Source: Marsupella aquatica (taxonomy: Eukaryota; Plantae; Marchantiophyta). Taken from it: a stretch of 64,000 nt of DNA. The position numbers were made by a program, and so were the translations under genes. A model generated the notes under the pieces. That model was not told the DNA's origin and did no database searches. It saw nothing but the letters and a program-made list of their open reading frames with translations. The stretch covers positions 24,985,899-25,049,898 of the forward strand of contig OZ316891.1 of NCBI GenBank assembly GCA_973895155.1, given 5' to 3'. This document shows, piece by piece, positions 1-12,190 of this stretch. Positions within the stretch are counted from its first letter, which is position 1; each line of letters starts with the position of its first letter.

Positions 1-101
1 GCCGCTAAGCCGCGGAACGGCCCCGCCAAGCGCGAAACCTGCGGGAATCGGCTTGTGCTGGGGGGGTTTCTTGGGTTCAGGGAGCCATGGGACGCACCAC
101 A
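1..101 (+). repeat. 3' end of an LTR of the same family as element A (3' LTR or solo LTR inserted in the CACTA element)
   Basis: Matches 12954-13055 with a few substitutions; both end ...GGGACGCACCACA. No PBS follows (CCTCTTTTG). Confidence 0.8.
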
Positions 102-228
102 CCTCTTTTGAAAGTAGGAGTCCAAAATGAAAATACCTACCACACTAATGGTGTATGAAATATTAATTAAGAAACAACATGAACAATCCATGATATAGAT
201 TTTTGGTTTAAATATCCATAAGTGTCTC

Positions 229-3200
229 TCACACTTGGTCACCTTCAATGTCCTCTACATCTGACACAAAAATAGTGTCTGGCTTGTCTAAAACAATGGA
301 ACGAGACCGTGGCACATATGTGATGACAAGTGACCACTCTGGGTCTAAGGGGTATGGAACGTAGAAACATTGCTCCAAGTGAGATGGGAAAGTACATGGC
401 TCTGACGTTTGCCAATGAGATGCTTGAAAACTAGTGGCACTTGTCCTCAACCGTGTAAACCCACTCTCATCTTGGAGTACAGTGCGATTATTACCAACAA
501 GGTTCACTTTGAACCACTTGCACTTGAAGACATACTCCTCAAACTTAGATTGGTTGTCATATGAGACCACCAAAATCTCCTCTATCTTCCCATAGTGTGG
601 CACAACATCACGAACAATGTTCCTGTCATGTTGGCTACTCCGGGAGTCCTGACAAAACTGCCCTTGAACTCCACAATCAAAAGTACGAGCCCTCTTCTCA
701 TCAAGGGAAGAAATCCTGAAATTAACAAGACCCATATATTGTTACTACTACACAAAAAACACTAATCATGTTATGAGGAACCTTTCATACCAAAAGAGAA
801 AAACACACTTATCTTAAGTAAAATGATTACTATATCTTAAGTAGTAGTACATGAATATGGAAAACAAGGTTAGGAACTAGTGAAACCTGAAGTGTCTCCC
901 TTGGGTCCACATGGCCGTCTTGGATGTTACCACTCTCAAAGGGCCATGAACAATGGTCCGAATGTCATTTGTCATAGTAGGAAACTGTGAGACATCTCCT
1001 TCTTGTGCCAAAATGCCATCCAACTCAACCAACTTTTCCTTCATAAACTCATGCAACTTAGGAAAAATCCTTGCCCTTTGACTCATTCTTTTGGCATTGT
1101 CATAAAACTCCCTCCATTCATCCATGACATTGCTATTACTCAACATGAATGTATTCAACTGTGTCCACTCTGTTGATGTAAGCATGCGTGTTTTTGTTGC
1201 TTCTGTTAAACGGTCCTCCTCCTCTTGCCTCTCCTCCATCCAAGTACGTGGTAAAGTCCGATCAATGGTGGCCAAGATGTTACTACAATAAAACATGCTC
1301 TTTGCAGCCAAGTATCCTGTAGCTATGCTTCCCTCCACTCGTGCACGGTTACGTACATAAGCCTTCAAGACTGACATGTAACGCTCAAGCCAGTACATCC
1401 ATCGACAATGAACTGGACCAGCAATGGCAACCTCCCTCACAAGATGCACAAGTAAATGAACCTGACAATCAAAGAAGGAAGGAGGGAGGGCCTTCTCCAA
1501 CTTGCAAACCACCTCAGCTGCCAATACCTCCATTCCAGGAATCTCTTCCACATATATCTCCTTTGAGCATATCCATCTCAACAAACGACCCAATGACCAA
1601 ATGGCATCTTGCACTTCTTTGGTCCCCAACCCTATAATTGCCACTGGCAATATATGCTGCAATAAGCGGTGATAGTCATGTGTCTTGAGATACCGTGGCC
1701 ATTTGTGATTGTCCTCCATCCCAAAAGCTTTCCTCAAATTGGCACCATAGCCTGTAGGAAACCGCATCTCCCCTATATGATTTCAGAATTCACGTCTTTG
1801 GCCAACACTAAGCACCCAAGGAGCATAAGGACGATGTTCCAAACCTGTGGCAGGATCAACTTGTACCCATACATCTGGATGCATTTCCAACTCTTCACAT
1901 GCCTCCCTGAAGTTAGTGTCCTTCTCCCCATAAAAATGAGCTATCAACGCCTTCCCCACATTTCTCTCTATGTGCATGGGGTCTAAAAGATGGCGGATCT
2001 TCAACTCTGACCAATAGGGCAAACTGGCTAGTATACTCCACCTCGTCAACCCAGTACCATCAAAGGTGAGGGGATCATCAGGGTCTGCCACCCTATCAGC
2101 TAGTGACTTCCAATGCCCAAAAGTTGTTGGTTCCGGAATTTCCGGCATGTCAAAGGAGGAAAATAAAAGTGGGTCAGACCTCATCTCATGCCCCATCGGA
2201 AGAAACTTTGTATGCCCAATGTAAACAATCTTCCTAAGCCATGGGGACCAAATTGCCATATCTTGCAATTGTGGACCACAGGTGGAGCAAGCTTTGTACC
2301 CCTGAGTTTGCAATCCAGAGACAAAGCCAAACCCTGGTTACACCAAAAATAAAACCAGACTAAATGTTAGGGTTGTCACATGACAAACAAGTATATTAAA
2401 GAGCATATCAAAGAAGGGTGGCATATGGTCAAAAAGTCATCTTACCAGGATAGTCATGCATTGTCCAACAAACTACCCCTCTCAATTTAAATACACGTGG
2501 AATGCCTCCTGTATTTTTCCTGCCATCATATGCCCACACTCCACCCCACAGTTTTTGGAGTTCTCCAATCAATAGTGCCAAATAAGTGTCAAAGTTCTTC
2601 ACCTTTTTTGGACCTGGAATAATCAAAGACAGCAAGAGGAACCCCTTCTTCATGGATAGCCATGGTGGAAGGTTGTAATTCATCACAACCACAGGCCAAA
2701 CTGATGTAGGTCTTCCCTTGCCTCCAAGGGCATGAGGACTAACCCCATCAGATGCCAATCCCAACCTCACATGACGAGGATCATGTGCAAAGTCTGGCCA
2801 TGTTTCCTCAATATGTTTGACTGCAGGAGAGTCAATTGGCAACCGCATAACACCAGGCTCTGATCGATGAGTCTTATGCCATACCATCAACTCTGCCAAA
2901 TCAGAACACCTGTACATGTGCAACAACCAAGGAATGATGGGAAACCAATGAACAACTTTTCTTGGCACCTTCTTTGTAATCATGTTGGGGTCATACCGTG
3001 GCTCATGACATTCAGTACACTGTGTCTTCTTCTCATCGGCCCCATGAAATAACATGCAATCATTCACACATGCATGAATGATATGATATTCCATGCCAAT
3101 TGATGAGAGAACACGCTTGGCCTCCTTCCAAGTTCCTGGCAACACATTGCCAGAAGGTAACATAAGGTCATGGCAAAGTGCAAACATATCAGATAACAAG

Positions 3201-4924
3201 GCATTGCTTGCCTTGTGTTTGGCCTGTAGATTCATCAACCCCAAGATAGCAGAAAGATGACTCAAACGAGCACCCTCATAGATAGGAGTTCGGGCATGTT
3301 CCTCTGCTTCCTCCCATTGGCGCTGTCCCTCGGGGGTATGTCTTGGTCGTGGATCATTGGGGGGCACATGACCTACTTGATCAGCAGACACCTCAGCATC
3401 ATCACCAGGGACGTCAACACCAAACCAATCAACCATAAAATCATCCATGGCTCTATCTTGGTCATCAATAACCTGTTCATATGTTCTGGGTACATTGCGA
3501 TCAGGGTTGTTGCTCCACTGTCACTTGATGAGGAATGTGACTCAGAGCCTTGTCCTTCTTCCGGCATACCCATTTCCCGATATGCTGCTCTCAATCTCTG
3601 CGGTAACATATTCTGAGAGGGTCGCACATTCTAAAAACAATGCAAACAATTGAAAGTTACAAAGCAAATAGTTACAACATGTAGAAGAATATATGGGGGT
3701 GTGCAAACATGAAATAATATCGGTACTGGTGTAAATACAAAATGTGGCCAAACACCATGTGTATGGTCATTTTCTAATCCCACACATAGTGAGTAAACAA
3801 CTCATCACCTGAGTGAATGGTCCTAGTAGCTACAACCAGACAATGGTCATGATGATATGTCTGGCCATAAGGGGCTGGTGGAGGACCCTCAATGAAAACC
3901 CACTCACAATTTTGCCTATGCTTGGGGCGAGTCCCCACAGTACTGTTTATGAAACCAGCTATATTCCCAGTTCGTATGGGGTCCCCATCTATCACCCGCT
4001 GCTCACTATACCTCCTAGTGTTTCCATCAAAAGTATCTAACTCCAAGGCATAAGTCTTCCACTCAGGATGTTGTGCAAGGATCATGTTCCAATGTCTTCT
4101 CTTGTAGATGGGTCCACCATAAGGAAACAACGTAGGTCCTTCTCGACCGCGTCCACCACTACCACTCTTGGTATCCACAATGATGTCTTCACAAGCAAAA
4201 ACTCCATAGCCATGTCTATCCCCAAGTGTGGAAGGTTTGATAACCCAACATCTTCCCCAAACCTCTACCTCCTCACCATAGGAAAGCTCTTGTGGCAAAC
4301 CAAGAGTTTGGGGATCCCAGTCCTTGATGATAGGAACACATCTGCCAGTAAACTCACAATCACCCCACCTACCGGTAACCACTGCCTTGTACAAATCAGT
4401 ATCCCCTCGGGGCCGTCTCTTGGAACGCTTTCTCCCTCTTGGGACAACAGGCTCACCCCCAACTGCCCTAGGACTGGAGGGGGCTGCTGCTAGACCCAAG
4501 GCTTGTTAGAATGCATTGCCTATAGCATCTAGAACACCTTGTGATGGGACATAAGGTGCTGATGCTGCAGGTCTAGGCCTACTAGATACCTATTCCACCC
4601 AAACCAAAACAAACAACAAGAGGTGTGAAATTAAAAACCTTCACCATTGCGATGTGGAAATAGGGTAGAAACTAAGGCGTAAACACTTACCACATGGGAT
4701 GAGGAAGCCCCTGTTGTATGACGTTCGTAACGTCCATATCTCTCAATATGCTGGGTGCATATATAGGACTTTTGGGAAACCTGACCCACGCATTTGGCAC
4801 ATTGGCAAAGCTGATGGGGTGGACCACGAGGAGGAGGTGCAGTTGTGTGAGGTTGAGGAGGAGGTGGTATATCTTCATCGGAGGAGGAAGAATCTGTGGT
4901 GGACATCTCAGAAGATGAAGACAT
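229..4924 (-). pseudogene. CACTA TnpD-type transposase, spliced: exons 4924-4691, 3630-2446, 2333-887, 715-229; frameshift near 3515 and in-frame TGA at 1783-1785
   Basis: Exon 1 CQCAKC...HIERYG (transposase-associated Zn motif); IHACVNDC, RLGLASDG, WPVVVMNYNLPPW, IIPGP, HDYP (Transposase_21-like); LDPMHIE, LKTHDYH, FFDCQVHLLVHL, GPVHCRWMYWLER (DUF4218-like); YGKIEEI..FKCKWF (DUF4216-like). GT-AG junctions keep the frame. Confidence 0.9.
3774..4589 (-). CDS. SET-domain (lysine methyltransferase-like) exon within intron 1 of the CACTA transposase; one in-frame TAA at 4506-4508 upstream of the domain
   Basis: SET motifs IKPSTLGDRHGYGVFACEDI, YGGPI, GNIAGFINS, NCEW, VVATRTIHSGDELFTHY. AG acceptor at 4590-4591 is in phase with exon 1. 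Confidence 0.85.
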
Positions 4925-5339
4925 TGCCCCTACAAAGATGTATAATTTGCAAGTTAGGGGTTATTACCAAATAACATCACAATATCAAGCTGGACAAATG
5001 TAAGTTCTCAAGTAATGATGACATGAAACCAAACACAAAAGGAACACTAAAAAATACCTTTCTGAGACCCAGGCTCAGCGGTGCCAATAGGTCTTGTGGC
5101 TCTAAAATAATGAACCGAATCTGGAAGTATGAGAAAAGCTGCAAGTACACAAAGCGAACACCTTACATACATGTCCTCTTTATAGATAGTGGGAACCAAA
5201 AAATTTAATTACATGAATAAGCCTAACTAGACCCATCTATTTTAGTCCGTACCTCCAGATGCCCGGGCTCATACGATGCATACGCATTAGCTAGTATCAA
5301 TTCATGCAAAAGTGCCGCACCCTGCAAGTTGTCATAGCT

Positions 5340-5850
5340 CCTCCTCCTTTGTTAGCATAAAACCCATGGAAAAACCATTAAAACCCATGGAAAAACCATT
5401 AAAACCCAAAAGATCCATAAAACCCATTAAAACCCATAAAACCCATGGTAAAACAACTAAAACATTAATCTCATCTAACCTTGCTTTGCCTTTTCCAAAC
5501 CCTCACCCCCAAACCTCTGACCTATTACAAAAACCTAGACCCTCACTCCCAATCCCCTTCCTCTCTTTTGTTTTAAACCCTAAACCCTTGCTTGAACCCT
5601 AAAAGCCTACAACCATAAATGCAAACCCTGCTTAAACCCAAAATTAAAGACTTAAACCCTAAACCCAAACCCAACTTTAATCCTAAACCCTTTCCTCACT
5701 TATTAATTTTAAACCAAAACCCAACTCTTATCAAAATTAGCCTACACCCACACCATGTATAGCTTAAAAAACGGAAGGTTTGACTGGTAATCTCGCTTTT
5801 AACCCCTAAAAAAACCAGCTTCATCCAAGACCCAACCCTAACAAACACCG
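5340..5850. repeat. Degenerate AAACCC(T)A telo-box-like low-complexity tract between the divergent CACTA genes
   Basis: Many AAACCC variants, e.g. TTTTAAACCCTAAACCC at 5571 and TTAAACCCTAAACCC at 5652. Confidence 0.6.
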
Positions 5851-6311
5851 GGATTTGAAACGGCGGAATTTCTTAATTACACAAAAGGGCATAGTATAAC
5901 TTACATGGCCTAAACAAAAGGAGGAGGGAAAGAATGTGAAAAAAAAATTCGCCAGGAATTGCCACGATATTGAGAACCGACCTGCTTCGCAACCTGCTTC
6001 AGAATTTGGTCACATTATTTGCGAAGCAAAATGTTTCGCAACAGCTTCAGAAAAACAGAGCCTGAGAGCGTTTTTTCGCGTCTCTACAGCTTTGCGAAGG
6101 CTTTGCGAAGCGTGTGGTTTCGCATTGGTTTTGGAAAGTTGAGATACTAGTTGCGAAGCGGGCTGATTCGCAAATTGCGATGCGGATTGCGTCGCAAATG
6201 TGTTTTGTCTGGGCATTCGGACCTTCCCGCCGGGTTACGAGGCCCATTCAACGTTTTTTGAAGTGAGGGAGGGCAGGAGGAGAGCTTGCGCGCGCTTGGT
6301 GTTGGATAGCT

Positions 6312-8370
6312 ATGGATTCTAGTGGAGGGCGTGGAGGGGATGGGGCAGGGGCAAGTGGGAGTGGGAGTGGCAATGGCAATGGAGGGAACAGGAATGAGGA
6401 GAGTAATCAATGGACGAATTTGATGGCCAAGCATCTCAATGCCACACAGCTGAGCCATTTGGATTTGAGTACACCAGTTGGGATTGCTTCTTTGAGTGCA
6501 ATTCTAGGGCAAGCTTTGCAAACCGGGGTTGCAGCAGGGCAGGCTCAGAGGGAGAAAGAGGCAAAGGCTGCAGCTGAGGAGAAGGCCAGAGAGAAGAAAC
6601 GAAAGAAGGAGGAGAGGGCTAAGGCAAGAGTACTCTCTCCTGCAGCCCTCGAAAAGAAGAGGAGAAGGGAGGAACGAGATGAGATTCGAGCACAACGTGA
6701 GGCGCAGCGGAAAAAGGAGGAAGAGAGGAAGAAGCTGCCATTGATTGCCTTGGTTGAGGGCATTCCTACTGAGTTGGCCTACACTAGGGCAAAGAGCACT
6801 ATCAGGCTTGCTGTGAGGACTAGCTTTGCACGAGGTGTTGAGTGGGGGAAACTAAGCAGAGCAGAGCAGAGGAAAGTAATGACTCAGGTCAAAGATTCAT
6901 TCAGAAATGGAGCAGAGATTGATGACCAGTGGCTTGCAGATAGAATTTCAAATTCAATGTCTCAAGCACGATACCATGATAGGAGGAAGGTGAGGGCCTA
7001 CCTGGCAAGCTTGCAGGAGTACAGGAATGTGAGGAGGCCAATGCAATTCACAGAGGATGTGTGGAACGCATTCTATAAGGTCGAGGTGCAGCTGAAAGCA
7101 GCCAAGGACCTCCAATTCTGGAAGGAGAAGGAGGCCAAGGCACTTCAGGCCGGGAAGTTAGACAAAGACCTCAAGGCATTGGCTGAGAAGGTCTCTCAGC
7201 TGCAGCAAATCGTGGATGAAGTGGGGACACCACCCCAGAAGATCATCCTTGCAGCAGACCGAGTCAGCAAACGCCCCAAGACCACACACAAGATGGGGCA
7301 AGGTGGACTTCCCGGCCTGAAAGCAACCTTTGTGAGTCCTCTCCCCTCCTCCCCTGCTTCTTTTCCTTTGCCTTCAATTGTTGTTTGCTTGCCTGCAATG
7401 CCCCTCGCAAACCTCTGCTTTACCCCTTATGGCCTCCCCTTTCGTTTTAGGTCACCCTGACACATTGCGTGCCTTAGCCATTTCTCGGATTTTTTTTAAA
7501 GCACAGTTTGCGAAACAATTGCGAAACGGGTTGCCTCGCAATTGTTTCGCAAACTCTATTATAACCTTTTTCCCGTAAGGTTTGTGAAGCCATTGCGAGG
7601 CAATCCGATTTGCAGTCTATTTTGCAAACTTAAATATATTTGAATTTGCGAAGGTGGGAGTTTCGCAAAGCTTGTTTCATTTTGAAAAACGTTTAGTGTC
7701 GAGTGACAAATGTTTGTTAGGGTAATGGGGTTTTTTTCTGGTTAGGGTACCCTTTTTACCCTTTTTAGGATTCCTTTTTTGCTTAAGTACCCTTAGTTAC
7801 TAACCTGGGCCCCTTATGTTTTGGTGTTTCATTTTTTTGTGGTAGTATAAGAGGTACCGCCGCAAGATAACAACAAAGGAGATGGAGATAGGGGCAGAGC
7901 ATGGGGCCAGACATCTCTTTGAGTTGGTTGATGCAGAGTTGGCTAGTGTGAGTGATTTGTAGTACCCTTTCTAAACCCGCACCCATTCCATTTATAAGGT
8001 TTATACATTTTTCCTATTAACCCTAAACCCAAATTAACCTTGTGACATGGAAGCAAGATAAGGAGGAGCAGGAGGGGAGTGAGGATAGCAGTGAGGAGGA
8101 TAGCGGCGCTGATGATGGGGACACTACCGGGCCACCACGAGTGGGTCCAGAGGGGCAGGGAGTGCTGCCACACCTAGCACACCAGGAGACCAGGAGGATG
8201 ATGATGAGGATGATGACGATGATGAGGATGAGCCAGATGGGGAGGAGCAGCAGGCACCACCACCACCGCCACCACCACCACCACCCCCCTCCCGTCCAGC
8301 TCGTCCCGCCCAAAGCAAGAAGGACAAGGGGAAGAGGCCAGCAAAGAGGAGTAGGCGGGCTCCATTCTAG
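6312..8370 (+). pseudogene. CACTA second gene, TnpA/Transposase_24-like; exons 6312-7331, 7846-7947, about 8054-8370, with a probable frameshift in the last exon
   Basis: WGKLS..Q, VWNAFY and RPKTTHKMGQGG resemble Ptta/En/Spm TnpA-family motifs. Phase-0 GTGAGT donors at 7332 and 7948. Acidic, proline-rich then basic C-terminus. Confidence 0.7.
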
Positions 8371-9515
8371 AGGATGCAGATGTAGTTCACTCCATATGGC
8401 ATATGGATTAGTCAAAGGACAGTGTCTTGGTATTTGATACCCCATAGGGTTTTAGAAAACCCTAATTTTTGTACATTCAGGGATTTTTGGCATATATAAA
8501 GTTTTGCTTTGGTATCTTCATGTGGAGCAATAAGACCCCAACCCAATTATGAACCCAAATATACAAAACCCAGCCCTAAAACTATCCTTGCGAAACACAT
8601 GCGAACGCCATACTATCGCAAACTTGCCATACATTGAGTATTGGAACATTGCGATACTTTTGGTTCCGCAATTGTGCGACACCCTGACTGACGCAGTTAT
8701 GCGATACCATATGAATGGCAACGGAATTGTCAAGACAACAGCTTCGCAAATAAGTTATAGTTCAGAGCGCGTCGCAAACCGATAAAGAGTCTGTCGAGAT
8801 CGCATAAATGTGATTTATGTGCGATAAAATAAGTTTCGCAGTGTGCGAAGGTGTTGCGAAGGGGTTGTGAAAGTCCGATTGCGAAGTCGTGGGTTTCAAA
8901 GAATGCGAAAGGGTTGCGATGCATAGCGTTTCGCAAATGCTGGAATTTCATAATTTGGTCCTTTGTTAGTTGCGATGGGATGGGGTTCGCAAAAGGGGTC
9001 GGTAGTGTTGTAGTGATGCCGACTTTGGTTTGCAAGCTATCGGGACCCCCTCGTGGCCTCGGCTAAAAATGTATTTAAGTGACTCTTTTTCTGGGTTTCC
9101 ACCTTCACCAAGGGGTGCCTTATCTTCCCCTAACTCAACACAAAAACATTTGGGCCCCAACGGATACCCCTAGCTAAAGTTATGTCCATTCTCCCAAGGC
9201 CTGTTTTTGGTGTCTAGTGGGTGTAAGCGGCGACCCGATTACACTTACCTTACATGCCCCTTATGGAGATTCCAGGTGTCACCAGGGGAGATTACTCTCA
9301 TTATACTCACGTTTCTTATGAAAAATTTGATAAGGACATCAATTTTTGCAGCCATTTTTCTCTCTCTTGAATTCAATCTGAAACGACATCATTCTCTATT
9401 GGATTCTGTGATGCCTAGCCAGGAATCACTTGGCTAGTTTAAGTGGAAAAGGGAAGGGTACCCTAGAAACACCTTAGTATAGTTACAGAAATAAGGAAAA
9501 TAAAAATAATTAAGG

Positions 9516-12152
9516 GTGACTATGGAACCCGAGCCGAGGCCGGAAGTAAGGACGCCAAGGGAGAGAACACGATTAGGGTTAGGGCATGATAAGTGCCGGC
9601 AGCTAGGGGTCACCAACGGGATAGAAACGCCAAGGAGGAGAGGGGTAAGGGCAGCTCGCGAGGAGTTGTGGCTCATTTGCAAGCACGAACTGGGCAGACG
9701 ACTACGGGCGGCCAACTACTGTCAGCTGCTTAAGCAAGCACTCAGGGGGGGAGCAGATACCGACTATCAACTCGATAAGGGTATGAGCAACGTCAATCAA
9801 GCGGCACATTTTTGGGGATGCCTGTTCGAACGGGCAACTGAGTACATTGGGACTTACGAGGACGAAGAATCGGAGAGAGCAGCTCGAGAACGGCAGGAGC
9901 TAGCTCGATTGTGGGAGCTGCAAAAAGCTGCCTTCTTAGGAGGAGAACTCATCAAGGCCGAATTCTTGTGGACTCCTACTACCAATCAACTCGACGACCT
10001 TCTGTTTTGCGAAGACAGAGTCGTCGGCATCCGCGAGGCCATCAAACGCTGCAACGACATACACTGGGAGTTGAAGGGTAGCACGGAGGGGTGGACAAAG
10101 GCAACCGTGCTCGGAGAGACATCCACGGCAACCGAGATGAAGAGGAAGGGAATGAACAACGACGAGGCCACCCCGGCAAAAAGAACGAGGTCGGCGGCAC
10201 CAAACAGGCCAGCCGAACAGCAGAGCAGGAGGCGGAGAGAAGCCGAGGAGGAGGAGGTCAACCCCATCAACGCCGTTCCAACGAGAGATGACACCTGGAA
10301 AGGCTGGGCGGCGATCCTCCCCGAGGAGGTCCAATTACACTTTGCAAGAGAGGAGGATGCATGCTTTACGGCTATGCAGACTCGGAAATATCAGGGCTTC
10401 ATGGCCGGATCCGGCTTGGAAGCCTTCGTAAGGTTACCGTGGCTGAAGCCGGAGGTGCCAAATTCAGACTTACTTGAATTCGTGGGATCATGGGAGTCCG
10501 AGACCAATTCCACAAGGGTGTATGGGAAGGAATTCTATCTCACTCCCCAGGTGATTGCCGAAGTGTTTGGCTTGCCGATGGGCAATAAGACCAAGGTAGA
10601 TACCAGGAAGACCTTGCCAGACACGGAGTTCAGGTTGTTCCTAGGGCCTTCAACAAAGAATGGCTTCTTCCGTAACACTTGCACCAACCCGCATATAGGA
10701 GAGATGATCGATTTCTTGCGGGTGACCATGCATTGCAACTGGCCGAGAGTAGAGATCGGCAAGGCATAGGTCTATCTGGCAGAGAGGCCAGACCCAAGCC
10801 GGGACTACAATGGCTACCTCCTCACTCAACTAAAGAAGATCTTGAAGGAGGAACAGCTGGTGATCGGCAAGGGAAGCGTGTCCCGGCTTGGCTATCACAT
10901 GCCGCTATTGTGCCGGTATGCCCGAAGTAAGACCTTTGCCCCGGTACTTCCCCTACAGGCAAGGGCACCAGAGGAGGTTCTGAAACAGAGGCCGGCAACG
11001 GAGAAACCCAACCCGCCCGACAGTCCTACAATCGAGCAGGTGTTTAGGCCAAGGACGGAGGACTTGCCGATGCAGCAACCAGGCATGCAGAATCTGCTGA
11101 AACTGCTGGAGAAAGAAAAGAGATCGGCATCGGCAACGGCAACGACAACGGCAACGGCAACAATGCAAGACACTGCTCCAGAGGTAGGCCTAAACCGGCT
11201 TACAAGGGAAAACCCCTTTACTGGAGTCAAGGAGAGAAGGAGGCCGGAACACGAGCCGGGAGTCCGGATGTATGTAGGAGCCTCTAGTCCCGAAGCCGAG
11301 GAGAAGCAGGCCGTAACTCCCGGCCACGACAAGGAGAACAGGAGATCAACACGGAAGCCGGAGGAGGAACCAAGACCGGCAGGAGGTGAAGCCGTGTTCA
11401 CGCCAAAACCAAGAGAGGAGCGGGAAAAGCCGGTAGTCCAAGCCAAGGAGGAGGTGGTGGAGGACTACAGCAATGATAACTCCGGCTATGGGTCGGATCA
11501 TCATGTTCCAGGAGTAAGGACATGTGGCCGGTTCATCCCCACGCTCCCAAGAGTAGTTTGAGGGGACCCGAGCCAGCAGAGCAGCCCCGAGTCTCCCCCG
11601 CCAGATGTCGCTCCCCCGAGCTTTGACGGCATAAAATAGACGGCGCAGGAATTTCAGGAGCAAATCAGGGAGGAAGAGGAGGCAGCCCTGGCTAGAGAGA
11701 AGAAGTTACCAGGAGTGGTACTGGCCGAAGAACAAGCCGGGCCACCTGCACCAGTGCCGGAAGTAAGTGGGAAGGGGAAGGGACCAGCTACCGAACCAGA
11801 AAAGAAGAAGAAGCGGAAACCTTCAGGGTCAAGGAGTAATACGACTCCACAGGCCGTGGTGACCAAGGAGGTAGACCCAGCACCGACCCCAGACAGGGTC
11901 ACGGCAAAGGATCCAACTACACTAGAAGGAGGGGAAGCCGAAGCCATGGCTCAGGCCGAAGCCATGGCTGATGCCGAAGCCGTGGCTGATGCCGAAGCCG
12001 GTGCCGAGGCCGAAGCCGAAGGTGGACCCAGTCAGGCCGATGGAGAGTTGACTAAGTCCGGGGCAGGTAATCTGTCAGAGAACAAACCTACGGCAGTGGC
12101 TGAGGAGGAAGTGTTGGGGGCGTCCACTGAGGAACTGACACCGCTGCCATGA
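9516..12152 (+). pseudogene. Extra ORF of element A (~880 codons, in-frame stops at 10767, 11559 and 11637), plant mobile domain/Transposase_32-like core
   Basis: ORFs at 9516, 10842 and 11715 share one frame. Motif GLEAFVRLPW..LLEFVGSW..RVYGKEFYLTPQVIAEVFGLP. Confidence 0.65.
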
Positions 12153-12190
12153 CGGTGGTGGAGGACCGCTCCTTTCAAGGAGGGCGGACG

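Larger units (their letters stand above)
102..9015. mobile_element. CACTA (En/Spm) DNA transposon; right terminus at 9015, left terminus outside the window
   Basis: TTGTAGTG ending at 9015 is the reverse complement of CACTACAA. Dense TTGCGA/TCGCAA subterminal motifs at about 8580-9000. Contains TnpD-like and TnpA-like genes. Confidence 0.88.

Noticed and set aside
1-101. 5' LTR of element A
   Set aside because: No PBS follows it and CACTA sequence begins immediately.
5340-5850. Interstitial telomere
   Set aside because: Repeats are dispersed and degenerate, not a tandem (TTTAGGG)n tract.
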